A stretch of DNA of 64,000 bases from Octopus bimaculoides. Taxonomy: Eukaryota. The DNA lies in assembly GCF_001194135.2 (NCBI RefSeq), contig NC_068999.1:20885561-20949560 (forward strand), given 5' to 3'. Below are positions 40,538-54,155 of the stretch, in pieces (within the stretch, counting starts at the first letter, position 1; every line of letters begins with the position of its first letter). A program made the position numbers and the translations under genes. The notes below the pieces were generated by a model, which saw nothing but the letters and a program-made list of their open reading frames with translations, did not search any database and had not been told where the DNA came from.

Positions 40538-41649
40538 GGGCCTAATTCGTGTATGTATTTTAAATTATGCCGAACAGGCTTTTGGGAATATATCATCTCC
40601 TGGTCTTTGTCATTTTTGAGTCGATAAAGAGTGATGTTCTATAGGATTATCTACTATTACGGATAACTGTATCTATCACATGGCGTTACCCTAATCAGTT
40701 CCTTGTCTCCTACGGTGTAGTTCTTATTGTTCCAAAAATCAGAATATTACCTCCTTAAGTAATCTAACAAATATCATTTACATCAATACGCCTCAGTCTA
40801 CGGTAGAGACCTGAAAACATCTTCATCAACGATGAAATAATTCTTACTCTGTTTCCAAATGTTGAATGATAGATATAGTTTTGCATAAATAAATTCCGTT
40901 AACACAATATAAATATAACGAATAAATATAGCGAACAAGGAAGAAAGTAGGCTTAGATGAATCATAGGCCTTGATAATGTAATTTATGATCCGTTTCAAT
41001 GGTGAAGATATTTCGAATTAATAACAGTAAGACATAATATAATTTACAAAGCAAATCTAAAAACAAACAAATCAGAATCATTTCTGTCAAAACATTTATA
41101 GCGTCTAAAGTAAATATGTTTTCTGTATTTCACAGAAATCATAAGATATTTTGAAAAAAATTAAATTTTTAAAAATAAATAGATGTGGAACATCATTTTT
41201 ATATGATACACTATAAAAGAAATCAATATACAAAAATTTATGTTGTGATCAAAAGAAAACTGAACATTCTAGTACTTTCTAATCTAAAAAAAATAATACA
41301 AACGAAAAATAACAGCTGAATCACTAAAACTGAAGTAATACATGTATGTTTCTTAAAGGTAAGACGCAGATGATATATGAATATTGATATTGTGTAAGAG
41401 TCGGAATTATATTGAAATTATTGCAGCTGCTTGCAATGAGTTAGATAATAACAGTCTACGGGCATTTTGAATATCTAATTTCTACTATATATGTACAAGC
41501 ACTTATATATGAATACATCATTTGCTCATGCATCTACATATGTATATATGAAACATTATCTACATCATATTATCAAAACCGTTCTTACATATTTATATTA
41601 GTAAATATGTAAGAACATATATATATATATATATACATATATATACATA

Positions 41650-41725
<76 letters not shown>

Positions 41726-41784
41726 TATATATATATACATATACGTACATACTTACATATATATGCATATATATATATACATGT

Positions 41785-42325
41785 ATGGGTATAGGACGTC
41801 ACAAAACGTAAACAACATGAAATACGAAGGCAAACTTGGGTATGCGAATAACGAGAGAAATAAATGGAAAACAAGAGAAGTAACATAAAAAACGACCCTT
41901 CTTTCGATGCCGGATATTTATCTACTCCACATTTCGAGCAATTAACGACAATATGAAGCTTCGAAAAACAGTTGCTCCCGCGAACCAAAATAAAATTTGG
42001 GATTTGCGAAGGGACAAAGTTGGTAATAAAAACAGGACAGTGGAGACATACAACAAACCAAACGAAAATAAACATGCAGGGCCGTTAGGCCAGCCGAGGT
42101 AAGGTAGCGAACGCTGGAGGAATGTTTTTTTATAAGAGAAAAGATAGGATAGGAGACAGATAGGAGACAGATAGGAGACAGATAAGAATGCGTCTGGTCT
42201 GTGCAACAGACTGAGGGAAAAGATGATCACGTGAGGAAAAGAAAGATGGACGATGATCACGTTGAAGTGGAGAAAAAATGAATTAGAGAAAGGATGAGAG
42301 AGAAAACACGAAAGGGGGAGAAGAT
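41785..42325. repeat. Interspersed non-coding repeat flanked on both sides by (TA)n, probably PLE-related
   Basis: A complex segment with an internal 11-bp tandem (gataggagaca x3) embedded in TA arrays. The family is not verified. Confidence 0.45.
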
Positions 42326-42335
42326 CATATGTATG

Positions 42336-42373
<38 letters not shown>

Positions 42374-43377
42374 AGATTATTTTTGTGCTGTGAAATTCCC
42401 GTCGTTGCAATGAAAGTAATTTTTAATAAGTTTTTAACATCTTACTCGCTATTAGAATAGCTACTTTCATCAATAAATATTTAATACTCTCCTAGTGTCC
42501 TATAAAATTCCCTCATAATCATTTCTTTCAGCTTCTCTCGCTCTCTTTCTCTCTCTCTCACTCACACTCGCCCTCATTCTTTTCCGTCTCTGTCACTCTT
42601 TCTCCATCTTCACCATCTCTCGTTCTATTTTTCTTTCTCTCTTTCTGTCTCTTTCTCTCTTTCTGTCTCTTTCTCTCTCTCCCTGTTTTAAGGCGGCAAT
42701 GTCTTACACTCCCATTTTTCCTATTTAGTTTCACGACCTCTCCCTCATATACATGGTCTCAGCATAAAACTCACAGTAGCGTTTAAAATAAACTAAAACA
42801 TATTCAATTCCGACAATTTTTCACTGTCTCTTCAGTTTTCTCGCTTTTTATTCATTTTTATTATTTTCCTGATAATTTGTTTCTCTTCCGAAGCGACTCT
42901 CCATTTCCTCTTTTGTTCAATTAGGCTCTCCCTTTTTTATTCATCTTTTGAAATTTTGTTCTCTTTGATTTCAGGATGCCTTTCACTTATGTAATAACTT
43001 GCTCTCAGATCACATATATTCAAATGTTAGAATTTTAAATTTTCTAACACACGTATTGACCAAGATATTTTTTGTGAATGTAATCGACCCATGATTTGTT
43101 TCAATAATGATATAAAATTGGATGCATATACGTATACATGTGTGTAAGGATATTGAATCATAATCGCAAATTTCATGACAACAAACTGTAAAAGATGGTG
43201 AAAATCAGAAAACTGAAAGTGTTAATTAATGATAAACTACATTACTGTATGCCATCATACGAAAGATCAAAACACAGAATTTTGAAATATTTCACAAAAA
43301 GAAAATAGTGAAAGTTTCTTAAAAGGGAGTTTATTTCAGAAACATTAATATATATACATACATACATACATACATAC

Positions 43378-43419
<42 letters not shown>

Positions 43420-43744
43420 GTTAATTCTCTTCCCACATCTTTCATTATCTTTGTTTTTCTTAAAACAGATATGCCGAAAATATTAACGGACGATCAGAAG
43501 ACTAGTTTAGGACATCTAAGATATATTAAGCTCACACACTTGTTTATACCTCTTAGCTCTTCACAAATATACAATTCGTATTAAGATATGACCCGTTTAC
43601 AGATTCTTCTGTAAATTAATTTGCAGTCATACAAATGGTATTAGTGAAAAGTCAAACAATTTAGTAGATAGAGAAACGGTGAAATATTATAAAACATAAC
43701 GTAAGTACTTATATTAGATTAAATATGGTGTTCTTTCTTGCCTT

Positions 43745-44175
43745 TAACCCTCCAAGGCGAAGTATAGGCCACTTATAATTGAATTCCATGTCGCATAATT
43801 TTTCACTTCTGTACTTATACTCTGCCATGAATACCCCCCCCCCTTTCTCTAGTTCCTTTTGTGTTGATCTACTCCACGAGTTCTTAGGCCTACATTTTTT
43901 TCTATATCCATCCGGATTCCACTGTAAAGCACTTTTCGCTACATTTGGTGTGGCTTTTCTAATTGTGCTACCAATCCACTTCCACTTTTTCTTAAATATT
44001 TGCTCTCTAATCGAAACTTGATTCGTTCTTTACCATAGCTCAATATTGCTTATGTGTTCGGGTCATCTAATTTTAAGTATACTACGCAAGCATCTGTTGA
44101 TGAAAGATTGTATTTGCTTATTTGACTTAACTGTTGTTCGCCACGTCTCAGCCCCATACAATAACACCGCTTTTA
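43745..44175 (-). mobile_element. RTE-clade LINE 3' fragment
   Basis: The minus strand reads AVLLYGAETWRTTVKSNKQIQSFINRCLRSILKIRWPEHISNIELW*RTNQ..KKWKWIGSTIRK..ALQWNPDGYRK..RPKNSW, a typical RTE C-terminus. Confidence 0.9.
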
Positions 44176-45502
44176 AATATGGTACACAATTTATATCTAT
44201 TAAGCTACTACATACACAAGTATTTTTATTTAAACTATAACTGTCTCTTAGACCGCATTGCTACTGAAATACGTTTCCTATACAAAGCATTTAATTTCGA
44301 AAATAAACGAAGTTAATTCACCTTCATCAGTCATATCTCTGTGATGTTGCTGGTTTTGTTTGTAGCTCACTTTTTCTCTGCCTGTTCGTCTCTATTCCGC
44401 TCTCTCTCTCTCCCTTTCTCTATCTCTTTCTCTCTCTCACCCTCTCACATACGTACGCGCAAGCGCACACAAACACACATACACACACATAAACACACGT
44501 GCGCACACATAAGCACACGTATACATACACATACTTATACGCGAACTGGATGAGGAAACAGAAGCCTGAAAAAAGATATTTAAGTTAGTCGTTGGCATAT
44601 ATGTGAGAACAAATAAGACAAGAAACTTATGTTGAATACAAACATAACAGACGAGTTCAATAAATGTATTACACTACAAAGTAGTAACAAACTACTGAAT
44701 ATCAGAAAGTAATGTTGACACAAACTCGCATAGATATAACGTGAGTTTGTCTAATTGTTTTCCATTTTTTTATTTGGTTTGAAAAAGTGAATGGAAATAA
44801 CGATACGCATGTGCTCATATATATATATATATATATATNNNNNNNNNNNNNNNNNNNNNNNNNNNNNNNNNNNNNNNNNNNNNNNNNNNNNNNNNNNNNN
44901 NNNNNNNNNNNNNNNNNNNNNNNNNNNNNNNNNNNNNNNNNNNNNNNNNNNNNNNNNNNNNNNNNNNNNNNNNNNNNNNNNNNNNNNNNNNNNNNNNNNN
45001 NNNNNNNNNNNNNNNNNNNNNNNNNNNNNNNNNNNNNNNNNNNNNNNNNNNNNNNNNNNNNNNNNNNNNNNNNNNNNNNNNNNNNNNNNNNNNNNNNNNN
45101 NNNNNNNNNNNNNNNNNNNNNNNNNNNNNNNNNNNNNNNNNNNNNNNNNNNNNNNNNNNNNNNNNNNNNNNNNNNNNNNNNNNNNNNNNNNNNNNNNNNN
45201 NNNNNNNNNNNNNNNNNNNNNNNNNNNNNNNNNNNNNNNNNNNNNNNNNNNNNNNNNNNNNNNNNNNNNNNNNNNNNNNNNNNNNNNNNNNNNNNNNNNN
45301 NNNNNNNNNNNNNNNNNNNNNNNNNNNNNNNNNNNNNNNNNNNNNNNNNNNNNNNNNNNNNNNNNNNNNNNNNNNNNNNNNNNNNNNNNNNNNNNNNNNN
45401 NNNNNNNNNNNNNNNNNNNNNNNNNNNNNNNNNNNNNNNNNNNNNNNNNNNNNNNNNNNNNNNNNNNNNNNNNNNNNNNNNNNNNNNNNNNNNNNNNNNN
45501 NN

Positions 45503-45543
<41 letters not shown>

Positions 45544-47593
45544 ATGGGTATGACGATAAACTACATCCAGGAACAAAGCCTTTGATTAGACGTTTGGATG
45601 CTCTGAGGAGTGTGGAATAACCTCCTATTTGCTGTTGCTTCCAAGTCCACCGTGACCTGGAGTGGTAGCACTTGTTAGCATTCTAATTATGGGCAAATAA
45701 ATAGAGAACCTGACAGATGTCGGTCACTCATCGGCTAAGGTTACATAGCTTATTTACCGAAATTTCAGCACCTTAAGATCGAAACCGCAGTCAATCCCAG
45801 TGTCCTACTTCTGAATAAAGAGTGATTTACTACGCCCAGAGATAAGACTCAGGTCCTTAGTCTTCAAATCATACCATATTTTATTTTAAGAAATTATTTT
45901 CCATCTGTAGCTTTCAAACTCAGCTATTCTCTTTTGATTGTTTGATATTTAATAGCCTCACCTTATAAATATTCAAGTCAGACAAATGTTAGCCATTTCT
46001 GTTAATGGAAATAATGTACATGTTTTAGCGGTGGGATTTTGACAACATAATGTTTACGAAATGATTGCTGAAGTTTTGTAGGCTTTTCACGATCTAGCTA
46101 ATATTTATTCTTCTCAGCTTAAAAGCAATACAAAAGAAAAAGAAAAGTTTGAAACAACGAAGAGAACTTGAAAATGTACCATGTGGTTAAGGAAATACAA
46201 AAACAGAAGTTTGTTTACCCACTATCAAGGGAGTGGTAATGATTTCGGAATTACAGAGATTACTCATGAATAATTCGGGTTTTAATAGTCACAGGAAAAC
46301 CTGTGTTATAGGAAAAATCGGTGAAATAATTCGTTCTTTTTCATAGGAAAATAAGGAAGAATTATCACTTTGCTTTCTCTTCAGGAAAGGGCATTACCAT
46401 ATTTCTAAATATTTATTCTCGTCGTAGTAAGACGTGATTGTCTAAGAATAATGTATAGTTGGAAGTTATTAAGAAACGTCTCACTGGTACAGAAAATATA
46501 GAATAGCAAGCTGACATATTTTCGTTCTACAATCTGCGGTAAGAAAATTCCTCGATTCATTTTTAATCATTGTTATGTGTTGTTGTTATTAATGCTGCTC
46601 TTGTTTTTCTTGTCTTTTTCTAGTCTTACAGTAGCCCTGATCAAGGAGATGTGTTAGAATTCATTCTAGCAATTGGGCGTCAAACCTTTTTATAGTTTAT
46701 TTCAGACTACATCGTGAACCGTCATTTTGTTCTTAAACCTGTTGCGGAAGCACATCGGTAACAACAAATGAATTGGCTCGTACGACGAACATCAGAAATT
46801 CAACTGATTTCTTTCCAAAAATCCTTTTTACCATTTGGGCTTTCACTTTAATGCAACAAAGCTTATAGAATTTCCATTTATAGTTAATCCTTAACCACAC
46901 TTGAAACAGCCCTGTATCAAGAGCAAAAACAATATTTTATACATTTGTAATTGTGATTCACCATATTATATATTTAATGATATCGTATCAAGACTGCTCG
47001 GTTGTTTCGTTTGCAGATAATTTCAAATTGAGAAATGTATCTTTGACTGAGATATAAGCCCTTGTGGTCATAATATTTCTCATTAGATTTAATCTTATTA
47101 TAGCGAGAATTTCACCATTTTGAATTAATTCGTATTACTCTAACATCCTCTGCACTTAAACGACATCATATCAAGACTACTTGGACTTATCAATAGATAT
47201 TTCACACTAAGAAATATAGGTTTGATTGACATATACAGCTCTGTGATCATAATATTTTAGATTAGATTTAGTCTTAATATGTAGATTTTTACAAAATAAT
47301 GAGATCAAGCGTAGGCAATTCCTTATCTCTAACGTACACGTGGGAAAAGTAATTGACAAAGGATGATTAACTAAGATTCAGAACAGACGACACACGGTAT
47401 ATTATAAACATAAAACCAGGATACAAATAAAGGATTGCATTTAACGCACACATTATAAAGACGGAGATCAGAGGAATAGAATGGTAAAGAATATTCATAA
47501 AAAGAAGTAACCAAAGAAAAAGACCTTACTCAAAATTGATAAAGGCAAATAATAAGGAGTAAGGCAGAAATTATTGCTTAAAGATTCATTTGA

Positions 47594-47633
<40 letters not shown>

Positions 47634-47919
47634 TCATGCATCTATGTATGTATGTATTCATGCATCTATGTATGTATGTATGTAATTGTTTCTGATTTCA
47701 GCACAAGGCCAGCAATCTTAAAGAGAGTCGTTAAGTCGATAACATCGTTCTCACCACTTGATTGGTATTTCATGTTTATTTCTTTTTACCGACACCAGGG
47801 CGATGAAGACAAAACTGGACCCGGTGTGATTTGAAATTAACTATTTCTAGACACTCTTACGATACTGCAAGTTCAAAATCTTCAACAATAATAATGATTA
47901 CTTTAACATTATGTTTACC

Positions 47920-47979
<60 letters not shown>

Positions 47980-48129
47980 CATTTCTACTATAGGCACACG
48001 GCCTGAAATGTTAGGGGAGGCTTTTGTCAATTACATAGACCCTCCAAGTGTTCAACTGGTTCTTATTTTAAGTCAAGACGTATTTATTTCAATTGATACT
48101 TACTTCCAGGCAAGACGTGGTTCGATCAT

Positions 48130-48545
48130 AAACCACTGAGAGTCGTTAGATCGGAGATTTGCAAAGTCTTGTTGGATTTTCCAATCCAAACGGGCGAGGT
48201 GCTTGAGCACAGTAATCCGGAACTAGTGGTGATAGACAAGGTGCGTCACAAATGATTCATAGTTGATGTTGCGTTCCCCTTTGACCCACGAATAGTTAAG
48301 AAGGTATGAGAAATATTAGGCTTATACAATCTTCTTGAACACATGACATGTCGCGTGTGTAAAATGAAAAAGGTGAAGATTACGCCAATCATTGTTGGGG
48401 GCCTTGAAGATTGTATCAGAAGGTATTAAGAGGAATATATATTAAAAGGGAATAGAGAGCCCAGAAGAGCTCTTATAAAAAGCCTGCCACGTTGACACGA
48501 CCACGATCATCAAGAAAGTATTAGATATATAAAGAGAACAGATAG
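48130..48545 (+). mobile_element. R4/Dong-like LINE 3' fragment (RLE region)
   Basis: CKVLLDFPIQTGEVLEHSNPELVVIDK..IVDVAFPFDPRIV..MKKVKITPIIVGGL; it ends in a (CTA)n(GAT)n tract. Confidence 0.8.
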
Positions 48546-48559
48546 CATGGAATCATAGG

Positions 48560-48584
48560 CTACTACTACTACTACTACTACTAC

Positions 48585-48632
<48 letters not shown>

Positions 48633-48712
48633 CGATGATGATGATGACGATGATGATGATGACGATGATGATGATGACGATGATGATGATGACGATGATG
48701 ATGATGACGATA
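48560..48712. repeat. (CTA)n-(GAT/GAC)n microsatellite
   Basis: Direct reading; it explains the poly-Ser and poly-His ORFs. Confidence 0.95.
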
Positions 48713-49262
48713 GTAAACCCACAACCTCCACTGGCTACTATGCGGTAAGTATGGGTATGAGGTTACGGTACCTACATACACCGGAAAGGTTGGTACCAAC
48801 ATACACCGGAAAGGTAAAGAACAAAAAGGGGAAGGCAAAAAATCCTTTGATTTCTAGACAGACAAAGTGTTAGAGCACCGAAGGCCGGATAAAGTATCCT
48901 TTTGGAGAGACAAACAAGAGTACCTAATATGTTGATCCAGGAGATCCACATATTATCATGAAAGAGAAAAAGTTGATAAATATGGAGACCTGAGAATTGA
49001 GATCGCTAAGAAGTGGGAGCTACGAGGGTCTATTGTCATCGAAGCACCACCCAATCTGAAAAAAAAAACATCTGAAAGCATTAAAGATACCCTACAATCT
49101 AGACGTATTGCAAAAGTCGGCATTACTTGGAACTGCCCGCATATTACGTAAAGTAGACTGTCTGAGGTCCTTGTTGTCACTTGAAAAAAGATACAAACCC
49201 CCGGTAGACAGAATATCTTCAATCAACAACCTGACGGTATTGTATACTGTTAGACATCTATC

Positions 49263-49296
<34 letters not shown>

Positions 49297-49297
49297 T
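48713..49297 (+). mobile_element. R4/Dong-like LINE 3' fragment with (TAA)n tail
   Basis: WLLCGKYGYEVT, DKVLEHRRPD, DKYGDLRIEIAK, LQKSALLGTARILRKV, then 3' UTR and (TAA)n. Confidence 0.82.
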
Positions 49298-50939
49298 TTT
49301 TTAAATGATTGACGTAACTCTTCACAAAGGTAAACAGGCAAGCCGAAGAGCGCGATTCGATTGTAATAGATATTTTATTGGTTGAACGATATTTCGACAG
49401 TAAGTCTGTCTTTGTCAAGTTCAAACTAAGAGATGATAAAAATTCAAAATTATAGAAATTTAAATTTAAAATATGGACGAGAGCAACCGGCGTCCACACG
49501 TTGATGGAATGACATCATGAGTCTTTAAGTTTCAATTTTATAACAGGCGAAAAGAAAAAGACAGAAAAAAGATATTCTCTTGTCATTTTATTCATTCCTC
49601 CAGTGCATGATGTTAATAATCCGCAGACATATTTCTCCTCATGCATCCGAGAAGTGAAAGTGAAGTAGATTCAGAATATTTCCTGAGAATAAGCACTTTC
49701 AAATCTTTTTTTTTTTTTAATTGCAGCCGTTTTAATTGTTCTGTTGTACAGCCAACATAAATCAAGTTGTGTTTCGTGCATTCTTGGTAAAATTCTTAAC
49801 ATACACATACATGTATATTTCTGTATGTGTGTGTGCGCGCGCGCGTCCAGTGTGTGTGTGCGCGCGCGCGCACGTGTACTCTTCTGTTTTAGAACCAGAA
49901 TCCCATTCATCTTGACCAATGCCATTCATAGCAATGTTGTTCTTATCGTCAGAGATATCAATGACAGTTGCACCCCAATTTTTCATATAATTCTTACCTC
50001 AATCCCAGATTGTTATCTTTTTTGAATCCCTATCCTTATCTAATCATAACTTTCCAAGCACCTATATGCTTTTTAATGCAAATAATGTTGACTTGGATTA
50101 TGTTCACCTGAACAAGATCCCTTAGAAAATCGCACACTGTACCAAACAGTAAACACATTTACACAATCTTCGCCACTCCAGTCACCGATTTTCAGGTTCC
50201 AAAATGAACCAGTTACGCACCAGTAGGATTCTATTTTTCCGATGAAGAGCTCTACAGGCTGAACCTTCCCTTACCTCATGTTTCCCAACGGACGTAAATT
50301 GGAATTACACATTAATAACTTCAGTTAAGTGTTAATCAACAGTTATTTTCATTTAGGACAATAGATAGGAAAATCTCTACCAACTTGCTCAGCTTTTTCT
50401 GAAGACTTTCGAACGAAGGATTTGCAACATTCAGTATAACCCAAAACAATTTTGATAAGGTCCCATTTCGCAGCAACCGCTTTTGTGCCTAAGGAAACCA
50501 GCAACACCAGGCTCCGACTGTATCTTTTAAAACGAACATCCAGCTGCCTTTAAGCCAAACTCTTTCACAAAATTAGCTCTTCGTGTTACTCCGTAAATTT
50601 ATTAAAGTTTTCTGAAGCTCCTAATCCAGAATGTCCACATCATCTAAAATAGGCTATGAGAACAAGGTCTCAAACATTCTCCAATAACAATTAGATTTCT
50701 TTAGGTGCTACGCAAGGAACTCTCAGTTATGCTTTCCTCACCCTTGTGAAACATTAACTAATGCGACCCAAGTATAAGGATTAATAGGAATAAATACAAG
50801 ATCATCGTGATCTTTTCTTTCGTCTCCACAACTATGCATATATACGCACTCCACTTCCTCACACACATATGTATGCATACATTCACTTATATATATATAT
50901 ATCTATATATATATATATATATATATATACTGCTGCCAT

Positions 50940-51213
50940 CCAAAGGAATTGGTATAAAAAACAGAAAACCAGCCAACTTATTACAGTCTGTTAAAGACTG
51001 TCATACCGGCCATGACGAAGGGAAATAGCCCTGAAACTCGAGTCGCCTTTATATATATATATTTATATTTATATATTTATATATTTGATCCTTTATATTG
51101 AACACTCAATATTTCATCTACATTCAATACTTTATTTCATGGTGCCATCCATTTTTATTTTATTTTATATTATATATTGTATATTATATTATATATTGTA
51201 TATTCCATATTCT
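50940..51213 (+). repeat. Copy 1 of a dispersed repeat carrying a hammerhead-like motif
   Basis: Homologous to 55071-55272; both share gcctttatatat..atcctttatattgaRcactcaatatttcat..cattcaatactt..ccatccattttt. Confidence 0.8.
51008..51047 (+). ncRNA. Minimal type-I hammerhead-ribozyme-like motif with a variant core
   Basis: ggc-c(a)tgacga-aggg[aaatag]ccct-gaaa-c[tcga]g-tc-gcc gives perfect stem II, GAAA, palindromic mini stem III, a GUC cleavage triplet and 3-bp stem I. The core has an extra or substituted A relative to CUGANGA. Confidence 0.5.
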
Positions 51214-51699
51214 NNNNNNNNNNNNNNNNNNNNNNNNNNNNNNNNNNNNNNNNNNNNNNNNNNNNNNNNNNNNNNNNNNNNNNNNNNNNNNNNNNNNNNN
51301 NNNNNNNNNNNNNNNNNNNNNNNNNNNNNNNNNNNNNNNNNNNNNNNNNNNNNNNNNNNNNNNNNNNNNNNNNNNNNNNNNNNNNNNNNNNNNNNNNNNN
51401 NNNNNNNNNNNNNNNNNNNNNNNNNNNNNNNNNNNNNNNNNNNNNNNNNNNNNNNNNNNNNNNNNNNNNNNNNNNNNNNNNNNNNNNNNNNNNNNNNNNN
51501 NNNNNNNNNNNNNNNNNNNNNNNNNNNNNNNNNNNNNNNNNNNNNNNNNNNNNNNNNNNNNNNNNNNNNNNNNNNNNNNNNNNNNNNNNNNNNNNNNNNN
51601 NNNNNNNNNNNNNNNNNNNNNNNNNNNNNNNNNNNNNNNNNNNNNNNNNNNNNNNNNNNNNNNNNNNNGTGTGTGTTCGTATATGGATGTGTATTTGAT

Positions 51700-51743
<44 letters not shown>

Positions 51744-52071
51744 GGTGCATATGTGTGCATACTATGTTGCGTTTCAGACAAAGAGCTGGATAATTTGAAA
51801 CGAAGGGGAAAAGAAAATAAAACTGACGAGAATGAACGAATGGACAAGGAATAAATACACATAATGAGTTGACATTGAGATGAATGTGTATAGAAGCTGA
51901 TGACAATATCTCTCAAGTGTGTTTATTGTAACACCTCATTCACTGTAGCGGCTGTATTGATTTTATGTCAATAGACGTGGATTAATGCCCGGTACACCAG
52001 GTAAGCTGTGATAATGACGTCGGTATATGAGATTTTACGCGCACGCATTACTACTCTCTATGAGTCTGTGC

Positions 52072-52146
<75 letters not shown>

Positions 52147-52195
52147 CGTGTGTGCGTGTGCGCGCGTGCATGGATGATGCAAGTATGTATATACG

Positions 52196-52268
<73 letters not shown>

Positions 52269-52322
52269 ATATGTGTGCGCGTGTATGTATGTTTGTATGG
52301 ATGATGCAAGTATGTATATACG

Positions 52323-52383
<61 letters not shown>

Positions 52384-52884
52384 GCATACATATACATACA
52401 TAGTATACGTATATACTTATAAATGCATACATATACACATACACACATACACACACACACACATGTGTATATAGCATACATATATACATACACGCGTGCG
52501 TACGTACATAATCACTTACATATATGTGCGTGAGTGCGTGTGTGTGTGTGTATGTCTGAGTGTAAGTGTGTATGTCTGTGTGTAAGTGTGTATGTTTATG
52601 TGTGCGTGTCTGTATGTACTGTGTGTATGTAAGTAAATGCAATTTTGACGACTAGGTAGGTGTGTGCTCTGCTGTCTCGAGATCCTACGATCGATCCCAT
52701 AGACAGTTTGGTTTTACCATGACATTTATGTTGTGCTTTACATATTGTAACATACTGATAGTAACATCGTATCAACGAAACGATACTCTCTGAACAAAGC
52801 AGTTATTTAATCGTTATTCACGAAATATGTGACGTATACAAATTTGTTTATCCAGTATATTGTTTAACCTTCAATAGGAATGAG

Positions 52885-53230
52885 TAAGGTGGCGAACTAG
52901 CAGAGTCTTTACTTCGCCTCAAAAAATGTTTAGAGTCTGACTCAACGTTTTGAGTTCCAATTCCGCCGAGTCGATTTTGTCTCTCATCCTGACAGAGTCG
53001 ATAAAATAAGAACCAGCAGAGCCCTGGGATCGATGTAATGGATCTACCCCACTACACACAGACATACACTAAATTGCTGGCCTCTGACAGAATTTGAATC
53101 CAACTTCAATTTCCGCCGAGGTTGAATTTGCCTTTTATTCTTTCGAAGTCGATAAAATTAATATCAGTTAAGCAGTGAGGTTCATGTGATAGACTACAGC
53201 CTTCCCCGGAAACTTCAGGCTTTGTGCCTA
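52885..53230 (+). mobile_element. Two tandem Meta-domain-like SINE fragments
   Basis: ggtggcgaactagcagagtc head; ttccgccgag(g)tcga..tcatcct..gtcgataaaat occurs twice. Confidence 0.7.
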
Positions 53231-54031
53231 TAACAGAAATAAATATCAGTTAGTTTATAATCAATATATTTATGAACACTCACCGTTAGGACACAGTTGT
53301 AGGTGACTGACTCAAAGGAATCATAACATAGGCACAGCTGTTTATCCTAGTCCTGTTGCAGGTATATTGCAAAGATAAGCCATAGTAAAGATGGACATAG
53401 TCAGAAAACACAGCAATAGCAAAAACAAACCTATAAGTATTTATATTTTAGCAACAAAATATTCGATGAATTCAATGTATACATATCGATAGATACCCGT
53501 ATCTTGGGTAAGTCTTTAAACTGCATACGAGAGTGCGGATCTGATACAAGAGTTTCAGTGCATTAAGGAGCGTTGAACCACTTCTTAATCACTAGTTCTT
53601 AAGTATCTTTTAAACTGGAGTAGTAACACTTATTAGGATCCCAGCTACGGGTTAATTAGCATATCAAGGTAACATATGTATGAGTGTGGGGACTGGATCC
53701 TTGAATTCCGAAGATGAAGCATTCACGACTCAACACAGCAGAAGGTCGTTGCGGCAATATGTTTTTAAGAGTAGACCCCAACATGAAGCAAAAAAGACAT
53801 CTTGATCATCCACAACGTACGACTGTATTCCTAGTCATCTTCACTAGGACTGAAGATGGTTAAGGGCTTAAAATGGAGTGTGACAGTGCGCAACTGTTAT
53901 TCGATTTAAACGAAAGATACCGTGTTAGATTTCAGTCATCTTTAAGGAATATTAGATTTTCATCGTCGCATTCGACAGCCAAGCATGATACTGTTAGAAA
54001 GATAGTTTGATAAATAGAGGGAGAGTGAAAC

Positions 54032-54069
<38 letters not shown>

Positions 54070-54092
54070 AGAGCGAGACATGTGCATGGATG

Positions 54093-54155
<63 letters not shown>

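Noticed and set aside
49880-50700. Possible CR1/L2-like RT relic, and a minus-strand GAG|GTAAGA donor at 49997
   Set aside because: No intact diagnostic motif; the exon candidate has stops in all frames.
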